Under the pieces are notes generated by a model that saw only the letters and a list, made by a program, of their open reading frames with translations, ran no database searches and was not told where the DNA came from. Positions 19,447-30,417 of a stretch of 64,000 nt of DNA are shown one piece after another. How positions within the stretch are numbered: the stretch's first letter is position 1; the number at the start of each line of letters is the position of its first letter. The stretch is from an uncultured Methanomassiliicoccales archaeon (GTDB lineage Archaea > Thermoplasmatota > Thermoplasmata > Methanomassiliicoccales > UBA472). The stretch lies in assembly GCA_963695345.1 (NCBI GenBank), contig OY968769.1, forward strand, positions 2,368,001-2,432,000, read 5' to 3'. Made by a program: the position numbers and the translations under genes.

Positions 19447-21945
19447 TTATTTCTTCCGTTTTATCTCTGGAGTATACCTCTTTAGCAGAGCGGCGTTGGA
19501 GACCACGGAAACGGACGACAACGCCATTGCCCCGGCGGCGATGATCGGGCTAAGCAGCCAACCGGTGACCGGGAACAATACGCCGGCGGCGATGGGGATG
19601 CCGGCGACGTTGTATCCGAACGCCCAGAACAGGTTCTGCCGGATCTTCCTCATCGTCTGCCGGCTCAACTGGATCGTGGCCACGACGTCCTTCAGGTCAT
19701 CCCTGATGAGGACCACGTCGCCTGTCTCCATGGCCACGTCGGTCCCGGAACCGATGGCCACGCCGATGTCCGCCTGGGCCAGTGCCGGCGCGTCATTGAC
19801 ACCGTCCCCGACCATCATTACCACCTTTCCCTGCTCCTGGAGCCTTGACACCTCCCTGACCTTGTCCTCGGGAAGCACCTCCGCCAGGATGTTGGTGATC
19901 CCCAACTGCTCGCCTATCGCCTTGGCGGTGCGGGCGTTGTCCCCGGTGATCATGAAGACCTCGATCCTCATTTCCTTGAGCGCCTCGACCGCTTCCTTCG
20001 CCGAGTCCTTAGCGACATCCGCGATGGCGATGACCCCGACCGGTACGCCCTCAATGGCCACGATTACGGCGGTCTTTCCCCGGGCCTCGAAATCGGTCAC
20101 CTTGGTGTCGACTTTCCCTACATCAATCTTATGCGAGGCCATGAGCTTGCGGCTGCCCACCAGCACTTCCTTTCCCTCCACCGAAGCGCGGATGCCCATG
20201 CCGGGAACATTCTCGAAGGCATCGGCGTCAGGCAGCTCCCCGTTCTTCTCCTTCGCCCTCCGGACGACCGCTTCCGCCAGTGGATGTTCCGATCCCTTCT
20301 CCGCGATCCCGGCGAGCCTTACCAGTTCCTCTTCCGGCATTCCGAACACCGCCACATCGGTGACCTGCGGCTCGCCCCTGGTCAGGGTGCCGGTCTTGTC
20401 GAAGACCACCGCGGTGATCCGGCCGGCGTTCTCCAGCGATTCGCTGCTCTTGATCAGTATCCCGTTCTCCGCGCCCTTTCCCGTGCCGACCATGATGGCG
20501 GTGGGTGTGGCCAGGCCCAACGCGCACGGGCAGGCTATGACCATCACGGAGATGAAAACGGTCAGGGAGAATATGAACTGGGGCTGGGTCACTCCGAACA
20601 GTCCGTATCCGATGAAGAACCAGAACAGGAAGGTGATCACCGCTATCGATATCACCGCCGGTACGAAGACGCCTGCCACCTTGTCCGCCAGCCTTTGTAT
20701 CGGGGCCTTGGAGGCCTGGGCGTTCTCCACCAGGCGCACTATCTGGGCCAACGCCGTGTCCTTGCCCACCTTGGTGGCCCTGACCTTGAGCAGACCGTTC
20801 TTGTTGATCGTCCCTCCGATCACGTTCGAGTTCTCGGACTTGGAGACCGGCATGCTCTCCCCGGTGAGAAGCGACTCGTCGACCGATGAGACGCCCTCGA
20901 TGACGACCCCGTCCGTGGGGACCTTCTCCCCCGGCCGGACCACCATCACATCGCTGACGTCCAGCTCGTCGGCCTGGACCTGCACCTCGACGCCGTCCCT
21001 GATGATCACCGCGGTCTTGGCCTGGAGGTCGATCAGCCTGCGGATAGCCTCGGAGGTCCTGCTCTTGGCCTTGGCCTCGAGGTATTTGCCGAACAGGATC
21101 AGCGCGATGATCATCGTCGACGTGTCGTAGTATACGCTCGGATCGATGAACGAGGAAGGGAAGAAGGTGACCGCCACGCTATAGAAGTACGCCGCCGAAG
21201 TGCCCACCGCGATCAAGGTGTCCATGTTCGCCCTTCTGTTACGGAGAGCCTTGTAGGTGCCGGAATAGAACTGATACCCGATGATGAACTGGACCGGAGT
21301 GGCCACCAGGAACAGGATCAGGTTCCCCCACTCCATGAGGAAATGGACCTCCCCCAACGGGGTGAACTGCATCAGGAGCATGAACACCATGATAGGTATC
21401 GCCGTCGAGAGAGCGGCGATGAGCAACACCTTCTGCCGTTTCAGCTCCTTGGCCCGGACCTCTTTCTCCTGGTCCGAGTCCGTGGATTCCAAGACCTCAT
21501 AGCCTGCGTCCATGATGGCCTTCTTCATCTGCGGGACCCGCACCCTCTGGGGGTCGTACCGGACAGTGAGCTTCTCGGTGGCCAGGTTGACCGATGCGCT
21601 CAGCACGCCATCGAGCGCCTGGACCGCCTCCTCGACGGTGGAGGAACAGGAGGCGCAGCTCATGCCCCCGATGGATATCGTGACCTCATTGATTATGACA
21701 TCGTAACCTGCGTCGATGACCGCCTTCTTCATCTCCTCGATGTTGACCTTGGTCGGATCGTACGTGACCGTCGCCTTTTCGGTGGCCAGATTCACGTTCG
21801 CATTCTCGATCCCGTCGAGGCCGGAAAGGCTGTCGGAGATGGTCTGCGCACAACTGGCGCAGGTCATGCCAGTCAGCCCGAATGAGGCGGTCCTCTTGCC
21901 TTTCTGCGGGACCGGTTCAGCGCCATCGGTGTCATTTTCGCTCAT
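19447..21945 (-). CDS. copA: Cu(I)-translocating P1B-type ATPase
   Basis: Two HMA domains (GMTCASC, GMSCASC), TGES, CPC, DKTGT, SEHP, GDGVNDAPAL, YN and MALSS motifs. Confidence 0.96.
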   Translation of the reverse strand: MSENDTDGAEPVPQKGKRTASFGLTGMTCASCAQTISDSLSGLDGIENANVNLATEKATVTYDPTKVNIEEMKKAVIDAGYDVIINEVTISIGGMSCASCSSTVEEAVQALDGVLSASVNLATEKLTVRYDPQRVRVPQMKKAIMDAGYEVLESTDSDQEKEVRAKELKRQKVLLIAALSTAIPIMVFMLLMQFTPLGEVHFLMEWGNLILFLVATPVQFIIGYQFYSGTYKALRNRRANMDTLIAVGTSAAYFYSVAVTFFPSSFIDPSVYYDTSTMIIALILFGKYLEAKAKSRTSEAIRRLIDLQAKTAVIIRDGVEVQVQADELDVSDVMVVRPGEKVPTDGVVIEGVSSVDESLLTGESMPVSKSENSNVIGGTINKNGLLKVRATKVGKDTALAQIVRLVENAQASKAPIQRLADKVAGVFVPAVISIAVITFLFWFFIGYGLFGVTQPQFIFSLTVFISVMVIACPCALGLATPTAIMVGTGKGAENGILIKSSESLENAGRITAVVFDKTGTLTRGEPQVTDVAVFGMPEEELVRLAGIAEKGSEHPLAEAVVRRAKEKNGELPDADAFENVPGMGIRASVEGKEVLVGSRKLMASHKIDVGKVDTKVTDFEARGKTAVIVAIEGVPVGVIAIADVAKDSAKEAVEALKEMRIEVFMITGDNARTAKAIGEQLGITNILAEVLPEDKVREVSRLQEQGKVVMMVGDGVNDAPALAQADIGVAIGSGTDVAMETGDVVLIRDDLKDVVATIQLSRQTMRKIRQNLFWAFGYNVAGIPIAAGVLFPVTGWLLSPIIAAGAMALSSVSVVSNAALLKRYTPEIKRKK

Positions 21946-22122
21946 CGTTTAATAACATATAGCCCATCGTTCAAGTATATAGCGATATACGATTGGCATG
22001 TCAATTATCCGGTAAAACCATCAATTGTTAAAACCGTTGACTCGCATTTTCGGACATTACATTTCGAACGGAAGATTGTCGGACAGGAAATCTTATAAAT
22101 TTAATGACGTAATTCGGGCGCT

Positions 22123-22722
22123 ATGAACTTGGATGCAACTGATATCAAGATCCTCAAGGTCCTTCAATCTAACGGTCGCCTCTCATTCAGGCAAATAGCG
22201 GAAAAGGTCAAGGTCAGCGTTCCGACCGTGAGCAGCAAGATCAACAGCATGGAGAGCATGGGGGTCATCAAGGGATATCAGGCCGAGCTCGATTCAGAGA
22301 AGCTCGGAGGCATCAGCGTTGTGCTGGACATCAAGACCCGGCCTGCCGACATCAGAAAGGTCTCCGACCGGTTCGCCGGCGACGAGCATGTCCGCAAGGC
22401 GTACATACTGAGCAACAGCCGCATTCTGATCGTCGTCACTTTCACCCAACAGCATCTCATCAACGAATTCGTGATGAACCTGTCGGACATCCCGGAGATC
22501 GTAGAATACGAGCTCACCAACATCATTACCGTTGTCAAAGAGGAACAGAGGGCGGTCATCAACCCCGAGGTCAATGTGGTGCTGACCTGCGCCTATTGCC
22601 GCAAGGAGATCCGTGACGATGCCTTCAAAGTGAAAGAAGGCGACAAGGAGTACTACGTCTGCTGCCCCGTGTGCCAGAAGAACCTGGAGCAGAAGATAGA
22701 CGCCTTGAAGTCCAAAGCCTGA
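22123..22722 (+). CDS. Lrp/AsnC-family regulator with C-terminal TRASH domain (CopR/CopT-like)
   Basis: N-terminal HTH LD.TD.KIL..LQ.NGR.S; C-terminal CAYC...YYVCCPVC; divergent from copA. Confidence 0.88.
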   Translation: MNLDATDIKILKVLQSNGRLSFRQIAEKVKVSVPTVSSKINSMESMGVIKGYQAELDSEKLGGISVVLDIKTRPADIRKVSDRFAGDEHVRKAYILSNSRILIVVTFTQQHLINEFVMNLSDIPEIVEYELTNIITVVKEEQRAVINPEVNVVLTCAYCRKEIRDDAFKVKEGDKEYYVCCPVCQKNLEQKIDALKSKA

Positions 22723-23097
22723 TCAGAGCGACGCCATTACGTCGATCTCGATGGTGGCCCCGAGAGGCAGGCGGGCCACCCCCACGGTGGTCCTGGCCGG
22801 GAACGGTTCCTGGAAGCTTTCCGCGAATATCGCGTTGACCTCCTTGAACCGGTCCAGATCGGTCATGAAGATCGTGACCTTCACCACATTTCTTATGGAG
22901 GAACCGGCCGCCTCAAGCACCGACCGGATGTTCTCGATGCTTTGTCTGGCCTCGTCCAGGGTGCCGGTGCTGACCAATCTGTTCGTCCTCGGGTCGATGC
23001 CAAGCTGCCCGGAACAGAATACGATCTGGTCAAGAATGATCGCCTGGGAATATGGACCTATAGGCAGGGGCGCCCTCTCCGTCCTGATATCTCTCAT
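22723..23097 (-). CDS. ridA: RidA (YjgF/YER057c/UK114) family deaminase
   Basis: APLPIGPYSQA, SGQLG, PARTTVGVARLP.GA.IEI. Confidence 0.9.
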   Translation of the reverse strand: MRDIRTERAPLPIGPYSQAIILDQIVFCSGQLGIDPRTNRLVSTGTLDEARQSIENIRSVLEAAGSSIRNVVKVTIFMTDLDRFKEVNAIFAESFQEPFPARTTVGVARLPLGATIEIDVMASL

Positions 23098-23142
23098 GAA
23101 ACCTTCAAGGACGGGGATGCAAATCAATCTAACGATGATCGC

Positions 23143-23841
23143 TCAGATCTTTGTCAGGAATTCTGGCAGGAACGACACGTCAGGAATGATCTTGACCACG
23201 CCGAGACTGCTCCATGTCGGGCGATCGGTGGCTCCGGAAAGCACCCCTATGAATCCTGAACCGGCTGATCGAGCGCATTCCATATCCATCATATGATCTC
23301 CCACAAGGAGGCATTCCTCGTTCGTCATCCCTAGCTTTCCCGCCGCCCTGGAAAGCGAGATAGGGTTGGGTTTGGCCTCATCGTCCGGGTAATCATCCCT
23401 GCAAACTCTCTTTTCAAAAAGTTCCGACAATCCTGCCGCCCTCAGTGCCGCCTCCGTGTATCGTCTCGAACCTCGGGTGAGGACCGCCATGGCGTAGCCG
23501 TCATCCCTCAATTGGCATATCGCCTCGCTGACCCTTGGAACGGCCACAGTCTTTCCGACATCGCGCATTTCGATCTCGTTCATTATGTTCCCAGCATCCG
23601 ATAGTAAAGATTCTGCCGCCTCCTCGGACCCGTTTATTGACAGATAATCGAGGCAAGCCTGCAGGTTGTTCGCCAGGCTCTTCTTCTGATCAAGAACATT
23701 CTCAGGGATACAGGACGCTCGCATACGCTCAAACGTTAATGTTCTCATGAGGAAGAAATCAATCGTGCTATGAACTAACGTACCGTCAAGGTCGAAGACA
23801 AGTCCTCGGATGTCACCGATATCGGAATCCATTGCAGTCAT
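23143..23841 (-). CDS. HAD-superfamily hydrolase (phosphoglycolate phosphatase-like)
   Basis: FDLDGTL motif I, KPNP, VGDH.MD. Confidence 0.9.
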   Translation of the reverse strand: MTAMDSDIGDIRGLVFDLDGTLVHSTIDFFLMRTLTFERMRASCIPENVLDQKKSLANNLQACLDYLSINGSEEAAESLLSDAGNIMNEIEMRDVGKTVAVPRVSEAICQLRDDGYAMAVLTRGSRRYTEAALRAAGLSELFEKRVCRDDYPDDEAKPNPISLSRAAGKLGMTNEECLLVGDHMMDMECARSAGSGFIGVLSGATDRPTWSSLGVVKIIPDVSFLPEFLTKI

Positions 23842-24053
23842 TCCTAACCTTCTCAGAAGTCAATCCTCAATAAATATGATTGTTACGGTTCAAACATCGC
23901 TGATGGATAATCTTACCGAAAATCAAATCTAGTAATTAGTATCTGGCCAGTATTCTTTCATTTTTTGATATATAACTTTAACTGTAGCATGCTCCAAGAC
24001 TCTTTTAATATCCTCAAAACGACACGTATACAACGAATCCTGGGGTATTATTA

Positions 24054-24491
24054 ATGAGAATCAAGTCCACTGAAAATTACGGCAATGCAAGGAACCTTGG
24101 AAAGACGAACCAAACACCGCTCCCAGGTGTAGGCCCATACAATGCACCGCTCCCAGGTGTAGGCCCATACAATGCACCGCTCCCAGGTGTAGGCCCATAC
24201 AATGCACCGCTCCCAGGTGTAGGCCCATACAATGCACCGCTCCCAGGTGTAGGCCCATACAATGCACCGCTCCCAGGTGTAGGCCCATACAATGCACCGC
24301 TCCCAGGTGTAGGCCCATACAATGCACCGCTCCCAGGTGTAGGCCCATACAATGCACCGCTCCCAGGTGTAGGCCCATACAATGCACCGCTCCCAGGTGT
24401 AGGCCCATACAATGCACCGCTCCCAGGTGTAGGCCCATACAATGCACCGCTCCCAGGTGTAGGCCCATACAATGCACCGCTATGTGGGTAA
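24054..24491 (+). CDS. Possible repeat protein: 21-aa leader, ([10 protein letters not shown])x12, then PLCG
   Basis: ATG preceded by GGGGT and AT-rich promoter-like DNA; open frame through the repeat (other frames are also open, so coding is uncertain). Confidence 0.4.
   Translation: MRIKSTENYGNARNLGKTNQTPLPGVGPYNAPLPGVGPYNAPLPGVGPYNAPLPGVGPYNAPLPGVGPYNAPLPGVGPYNAPLPGVGPYNAPLPGVGPYNAPLPGVGPYNAPLPGVGPYNAPLPGVGPYNAPLPGVGPYNAPLCG
24115..24481. repeat. Perfect tandem repeat: 12 copies of 30-bp CACCGCTCCCAGGTGTAGGCCCATACAATG plus a partial copy
   Basis: Directly visible; no spacers and no mismatches. Confidence 0.97.
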
Positions 24492-24567
24492 GTGCTAAAC
24501 AAATACTATTCCTTACAACTCCTTCTTGCTCGACTGATGGGCAGGAAGGAAGAATCCAATCTTTTTA

Positions 24568-27279
24568 TTACTGGACAACGCACATTCTCTCAATGTTGTT
24601 CATCGTGTCCTTCATCAACTTCTCATGTCCGATGCTCTCAGCCACTCGGTAAGCTTCTTGGAGCAATACCAATGCCTGGTCCAACTCATCGTTTTCGGCA
24701 TAGGCTTGGGCGACCTCAAAAAGCCATTCACTCAATCTGACAGGCATGTCGATGGAGCGGATGATGTCGATGCTTTCCTTGAACTCCACCTTCGCCCAAT
24801 CCCATTCCTTCTTCTTGGCGTAGAGGTAACCACGGTACAAGTGGAGCGTGGAGAGCATGAGCAGGTCATTCAGTTTCTTGAATATCGAGGAAGCGTTGTC
24901 GATCATCTCCTCGCCCCGCAACCAGTTACCTTCCTCGATATATATGGCGGCTGAGTTGGCCAGGGCAAATCCGAGGGAGTTGAGGTCACCCGCCATGCGC
25001 GCCAGCTTCACTGCCGATTCCTGGTATTCGATCGCCTCTTCGAACTTCTTCATCTGCCTGAGGTCGTTGCCCAGGCTGGTGCTTACCTTCGAGATCATGG
25101 TGATATCGCCAGAACGTTCCAGGATGCGGAGGACCTCTTTCTTGGTGGCTATCGATTCATCGAACCTATGTTGCCCGTCTAGAGTTTGTGACAGGCCGTA
25201 CATGGATTTGCCCAGGCTGGTGTCATCACCTATGGATCGTGATATGTCGATGGACCGGTGGAAATTCGCAGACGCATCCTCAAACCTGCCATGCCTTTCG
25301 CAAACCCCTCCCAATCCATACAGGACGTCTGCCAGGGTCTGCTTCTCATCAGCTTTTTCCGCAAGCCCCAATGCCAGACCGAGGTACCTTCCCGCCTCTT
25401 CCAGTCTTGACCGCCCGAGGTTTATCATGCCTATGCGTCGATTCATCTCTGCCAGGAGACGGATGTCGGATACCGGAGAGGCTATGCGGATGATCTCGGA
25501 GAACCTGGATATCGCCGCATCCCAGTCCCCCTGGATCTCCATGATGTCTCCCTGAAGGCTCAATATCTCCATACGATCCCGGTGTTCGATCTTGGGGGCG
25601 GAGGTGAGCAGGGTCTTGAGCAGGGGGCTGAATTGAACCGCATAGCCTTTGTTGATTATGTCGCGGCCATTTCCCGCCGCGATGTCGATCGCGGTTTGAT
25701 ACTCCTTGCCCATGAGACAATGGTACAGGGCCTCCACCGATGAGGGGGCGGAGCTGTCCTGGAGATAGAACCTGGCCGCTGCCTTGTGGTATATGTTGCG
25801 CTGGCGAGGGGTCAGTCTGGAATACACGAACTCCCTCATCAGATCATGCATGCCAATCATCCTTCCGACCGATTCATGCAGGATCGATTTGGAGATCAGC
25901 GAATCGACGGTCTCATAGGAGATGCTGTAATCGGAAGGTTCTCTTTCCACCTCCTTGCCCAGGCTCTCGCTTTGGATCTCCTCTTCCATGGTGAAGAAAG
26001 CGTCAATCATCACTGGATATCTGAAGATGGCCGCGATGCCCATTATGCGTCTTTCCGAGATGTCCAATCTGGAGAAGACCTCCTGCTCGATGAACATGCG
26101 TATGTTCTTTCCCAATGCCAACTTGGGATCTTCGATGAGCTCCAGGAACAGAGGATGGCCATTGGTGATGCTGAAAAGGGAATCCAGGTCCACCTCGCGG
26201 AGGGAGCGGGTCCTCATCATTTGGAAGCTGCTTTCCCGGTCCAATCCCTCCAGCTGCATCTCCACGACAAAGCCGCGATGAACCGCCCCACGGTCGTAGA
26301 AGGATTGCATCTCCCTTGCCGAACCGATCATCCAAGCGCCCGGGAGGCCTTCTATCGAGTTCAGAATCGCCCCAAGAAGGTCTTTCACCCCTTTGTCCGC
26401 TTTGTGTATATCATCGAAGATCAGGAGGGAGTTCGATCCCCGCATGTCGGTTTCAATGATATGGCAGACCTCGCTCAGTTGAGGTTTATCCGTCTGTGTC
26501 AGATAATACTCTAAGTTCTTTTTGCCAATCTGGGAAAGGAATTCCGATAGGGGCTTCAGCACTCCCTTGTAGTCCACCCATTCATGGATTTTGAACCAGA
26601 ATACATTGATCCGGTCGCGGATGTCCTGGGTGAACTTCGCCAGAAGTGTGGTCTTACCTATCCCCGGCACACCATAGATCATTATCGCCTTTTCAGTCTG
26701 GGAGGTCAGAAGGTCTAGGAGGCTCCCCATTTCCTTATCCCTTCCAAAGAAGTTGCGGATCGCTGGTTTCTTGTCCGAATAATCGACAAATCTCCTTTCT
26801 TCCTTCACCTTGCCCTCATGGAACGATGCGCAGTCGAACGTCCCTCGGGAAACGCCCATGGCAAGTTCCAGGAGCGAATAGCGGTTGGGAAGGTAAACGC
26901 CGAGCCTGCCGACCTCATCGACCTGGTCCTTGCCGTTCAGGTCCATCACTTGTACCTTGGTGGACTCGATTGCGGTCTTCAGCTTCTTCCCCTCTTCAAA
27001 ACCCTTAGGGGAAAGGAAATAGACCAGCCGAACCGAGGGCAGGCCTTTGACATGCTTGCTTTGGGTATCGACCACTCCTTCCGTGGCCATGACCGTCATG
27101 ATCTTCGCCACGTTGTTCCGGCCAACTTCGATTATCGATGCGATCCCGTCCTGGGTGACCGCCTTTGGAGCATCAGTGTCCTGACAGTACTTATGCTGGG
27201 CAAGGAGGTGTAATATCACCCTCTCCCTGACGGTGAGCAAAGACTTTCGGGAGCTGCGATTCACAGTCAACAATCGCAA
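24568..27279 (-). CDS. wHTH + P-loop NTPase (STAND/NB-ARC-like) + TPR protein
   Basis: N-terminal HTH (TQDGIA..I.V.RNNV), FFGRDKE, Walker A GVPGIGKTT, Walker B LIFDD, GHPL motif, MHDL, C-terminal TPR repeats. Confidence 0.85.
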   Translation of the reverse strand: MRLLTVNRSSRKSLLTVRERVILHLLAQHKYCQDTDAPKAVTQDGIASIIEVGRNNVAKIMTVMATEGVVDTQSKHVKGLPSVRLVYFLSPKGFEEGKKLKTAIESTKVQVMDLNGKDQVDEVGRLGVYLPNRYSLLELAMGVSRGTFDCASFHEGKVKEERRFVDYSDKKPAIRNFFGRDKEMGSLLDLLTSQTEKAIMIYGVPGIGKTTLLAKFTQDIRDRINVFWFKIHEWVDYKGVLKPLSEFLSQIGKKNLEYYLTQTDKPQLSEVCHIIETDMRGSNSLLIFDDIHKADKGVKDLLGAILNSIEGLPGAWMIGSAREMQSFYDRGAVHRGFVVEMQLEGLDRESSFQMMRTRSLREVDLDSLFSITNGHPLFLELIEDPKLALGKNIRMFIEQEVFSRLDISERRIMGIAAIFRYPVMIDAFFTMEEEIQSESLGKEVEREPSDYSISYETVDSLISKSILHESVGRMIGMHDLMREFVYSRLTPRQRNIYHKAAARFYLQDSSAPSSVEALYHCLMGKEYQTAIDIAAGNGRDIINKGYAVQFSPLLKTLLTSAPKIEHRDRMEILSLQGDIMEIQGDWDAAISRFSEIIRIASPVSDIRLLAEMNRRIGMINLGRSRLEEAGRYLGLALGLAEKADEKQTLADVLYGLGGVCERHGRFEDASANFHRSIDISRSIGDDTSLGKSMYGLSQTLDGQHRFDESIATKKEVLRILERSGDITMISKVSTSLGNDLRQMKKFEEAIEYQESAVKLARMAGDLNSLGFALANSAAIYIEEGNWLRGEEMIDNASSIFKKLNDLLMLSTLHLYRGYLYAKKKEWDWAKVEFKESIDIIRSIDMPVRLSEWLFEVAQAYAENDELDQALVLLQEAYRVAESIGHEKLMKDTMNNIERMCVVQ

Positions 27280-27400
27280 CAGTACAATAATACTTTACTC
27301 CAAAAAAAACGCTATGTGAGACCGAAAGGAGCACTACATCGCAAAATGAGCATGCTCAAATCGGGTTTAAATACGCACTGTACCGAATTGCTCTTAGGAT

Positions 27401-27952
27401 TTGGAGAGTGTACAATTGGCAGTCAATCACGAAAATTCACGCATCTCACTGCTTGTTGAAGGATATCCGAGGTCAGGTTTCAAAGTGTTTTCTCACCTGT
27501 CCAAGATAAACGAGAACAGCATCTGTCTGACCCGGCTTCACCCCGACTATGTGGCGGAAAAGTTCAATGTCAGGGCACGGAAATGCTACTGGCTTAGCGG
27601 TTGCAAGGGTAAGGACATAATCTCTCCGAAGTCACTGTCGCAGATCGTGAAGGCGGTCAGGGCAGACTCGAAGGCTGGAAAGCCAGTCGTATTCCTGGAC
27701 GGCCTCGAGTATCTGTTGCTGTGGAACGAGATGAACAAGATCATCGCGGCACTGCAAGAGATCAACGATGTCATGGTGGCCAATGACGGCGTCATGGTCA
27801 TCTGCTTCGACCCTCTCACCCTGGAACAGAACGATCTCAAGAAGCTGTGGGCCTTGTACCCGATTATGGACCCGATCACGGAGTCAGAACAGGTCGAGGC
27901 CGGAAACACCATGAAGATCAAGGAGCCGACGAAAAGAGGAGCGATCGCTTGA
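27401..27952 (+). CDS. DUF835 domain protein (inactive RecA/KaiC-like)
   Basis: CLTRLHP, YWLS, VVFLDGLEYLLLWN, DP.TL. Confidence 0.8.
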   Translation: MESVQLAVNHENSRISLLVEGYPRSGFKVFSHLSKINENSICLTRLHPDYVAEKFNVRARKCYWLSGCKGKDIISPKSLSQIVKAVRADSKAGKPVVFLDGLEYLLLWNEMNKIIAALQEINDVMVANDGVMVICFDPLTLEQNDLKKLWALYPIMDPITESEQVEAGNTMKIKEPTKRGAIA

Positions 27953-27976
27953 TAGAAACCCTTAACCGGTTTCCGT

Positions 27977-28471
27977 TCAGATTATTTCCGCGTATCTCTT
28001 GAGTCGGGCGATTTCTGAAGGTTCGATGAGGCGCTCATCTATGGGAACGAAAAGCACCGCCCGGTTTTCCATAACGATATCGTTCAATTCTTCATAGAAC
28101 ATGTTCAGCCTGCGGAAGTCAGTGAAGAGGGCCAGGTACTCCAGGCCATCGATGACTATAATTCCGTTCTTGTGCTCTTTTGCGAATAGGGCGATCTTGT
28201 GCTTTAACTTGGCCAGATTGTCCGGGGGCGTCCAATCCCCTCCCGCCCTTTCACCCAGCCATATGAACTTCATGTTCCGCAAAGGCAACCTGCCGGCCAT
28301 GATGCTGGGATGGTAGCGGGAGATGCAAAGGACATCCTTTCCAGTTTCCGCGACCGACCTGGTGATGGAGCAGGTCTTCTCAAGACGTTCGTCCCTGAGC
28401 AGGTATATCCGGCCAAAATCGATGGTATGTTCCGTTTTGCCTGAGCGGATGCTGACTGAAGGAAATGCCAT
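27977..28471 (-). CDS. DUF835 domain protein
   Basis: LCISRYHP, FIWL, IVIDGLEYL, LNDIV. Confidence 0.8.
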   Translation of the reverse strand: MAFPSVSIRSGKTEHTIDFGRIYLLRDERLEKTCSITRSVAETGKDVLCISRYHPSIMAGRLPLRNMKFIWLGERAGGDWTPPDNLAKLKHKIALFAKEHKNGIIVIDGLEYLALFTDFRRLNMFYEELNDIVMENRAVLFVPIDERLIEPSEIARLKRYAEII

Positions 28472-28805
28472 AATAGCATATTCGGTGGGATGGGATTGCA
28501 CCAGACAGCACCTTCAACTGAAATAATGTTGGCTCTACAACTCGAAAGGGGCTAATAAAACTTCGCCATCGGCAGGTTAAATATCCAGAAGGTTTCATCG
28601 AAAGAACGAAGCGGGAGGTTGCAGAACTGCCCCTTGGTTTGCTTTACAGCTGCTGCTCCATCGTGGCACATCAGGGCCTTCCATGACATGATCCCATTCC
28701 TTCGACGATGGTTTTCTTCAGGAAAAGTATCAGCCTTGGCATTGTTCTTGAATGGAAAAATGAGAAAGGAGTTTGGTTGGTGTTTTTATCATGACCGCTG
28801 ACCGA

Positions 28806-30125
28806 TCATCCGTTCGTCATCTTGCCGCTGGTGTACTGGGCGTACCCGTTCATGTCCATGAGTCCGTGTCCGGACAGGTTGAACACGATGACCTTCTCCT
28901 CGTTCTTCTTCTTGGCCTCGAGGGCGAGGTCGATGGCACACTTGATGGCGTGGTTCGATTCCGGGGCAGGGATTATTCCCTCGGCCCTGGCGAAGGTCAC
29001 TCCAGCCTCGAACGTCTCCAGCTGGTCATAGGACCTGGCCTTGACGTAGCCTAGTTTGGTCATCAGGCTCACGGTCGGTGCCATTCCATGGTAGCGCAGT
29101 CCGCCGGCGTGGATCGGGGACGGCATGAAGTCGTGACCCAGCGTGTACATCTTGAACATCGGGGTCATCCCGGCGGTGTCTCCGAAGTCGTAGCGGTATT
29201 CGCCCTCCGTCAGGGACGGGACAGATGTCGGCTCGCAGGCGATGAACTCGGTGTCGCACTTCTTCTGGATCTTCTGTCCCAGCATGGGGAAGGCGAATCC
29301 AGCGAAGTTGCTGCCGCCGCCGACGCAGCCGATCATGTAGTCCGGGACCGTCTCGATCTTCTTCAGCTGGGCCATGACCTCCTCGCCGATCACTGTCTGA
29401 TGCAGCATGACGTGGTTGGCAACGCTCCCTAGCGAGTACTTGGTGTTCGGTGTGGTCACGGCCATCTCGATCGCCTCAGAGATGGCGATGCCCAGGGAAC
29501 CGGTGTTGTTAGGATTCGCCTTCAGGCATTCCCTGCCGTAGTTGGTCACCGGGCTGGGGGATGCGTGGACGGTCGAACCGTAGGTCTCCATGACGTAACG
29601 CCGGTAGGGCTTCTGGTCATGGCTGGCCCGGACCATGAAGACGGTGCACTTCAAGTCGAACAGGGCGCAGGAAAGGGCCAATGACGATCCCCATTGCCCC
29701 GCTCCGGTCTCGGTGGTCAGATTCTCTGTACCGGCCTTCATGTTGTAATATGCCTGAGGGATGGCCGAGTTCGGCTTGTGGCTCCCGGTCGGGCTGAGGT
29801 CCTCGCGCTTGAAATAGATCTTGGCCGGGGTCTTCAATACCTGCTCCAGTCTGATCGCCCTCTGCAAGGGGCTCGGCCTGCACAACCTGGCATATGCAGT
29901 TCTGACCTCTTCCGGAATGGTGATGTACCTTTCCGTGGAGACCTCCTGCTCGATGATGTTCTTGGGGAATATCGCTTCCAGGGCCGCCGCCGGTACTGGC
30001 ATGCCGGTCTTCGGGTCCGCCGGTGGCGGAATCGGTTCCGGAGAATCGGCGGCGATATTGTACCACTTCCTGGGAAGCTCTTCCATTCCCAGATTGATCC
30101 TGATATCTTCTGGTTTGAGAGTCAT
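28806..30125 (-). CDS. trpB2: TrpB-like PLP-dependent enzyme (TrpB2 family)
   Basis: PTGSHKPN (PLP Lys), [36 protein letters not shown]. Confidence 0.93.
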   Translation of the reverse strand: MTLKPEDIRINLGMEELPRKWYNIAADSPEPIPPPADPKTGMPVPAAALEAIFPKNIIEQEVSTERYITIPEEVRTAYARLCRPSPLQRAIRLEQVLKTPAKIYFKREDLSPTGSHKPNSAIPQAYYNMKAGTENLTTETGAGQWGSSLALSCALFDLKCTVFMVRASHDQKPYRRYVMETYGSTVHASPSPVTNYGRECLKANPNNTGSLGIAISEAIEMAVTTPNTKYSLGSVANHVMLHQTVIGEEVMAQLKKIETVPDYMIGCVGGGSNFAGFAFPMLGQKIQKKCDTEFIACEPTSVPSLTEGEYRYDFGDTAGMTPMFKMYTLGHDFMPSPIHAGGLRYHGMAPTVSLMTKLGYVKARSYDQLETFEAGVTFARAEGIIPAPESNHAIKCAIDLALEAKKKNEEKVIVFNLSGHGLMDMNGYAQYTSGKMTNG

Positions 30126-30417
30126 GCTCCGGATAATGAAAAGGGGAATATATAACAATTTTGAGTAATGATGTATTTTTATGTACATTAGAAGCAGGCG
30201 TGGTACGTTTCGTCGAAAATCAATCATTCAATTTGACTTCGACAATTGCCATACCCATTGACCGATTTAAATACCAAGTGTGAATTCAATGTTCTGGACA
30301 CTCCAAGAGCAATCAGCAAAATGATATATGGTATGCCACGGAGATGTATGGAAGTTAGTTGAGAGAAGTTATATAGCTCAGGCCAAATGCAAGCTCACCC
30401 CTAAATTGGTGTCATTC

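Noticed and set aside
24115-24481. CRISPR array
   Set aside because: The 30-bp units are head-to-tail with no spacers, and there are no cas genes in the window.
24115-24481. Pyrrolysine-rich peptide from the frame with one TAG per repeat (HRSQV*AHTM)
   Set aside because: There is no plausible upstream start for this frame and no pyl genes in the window; it is pure speculation.
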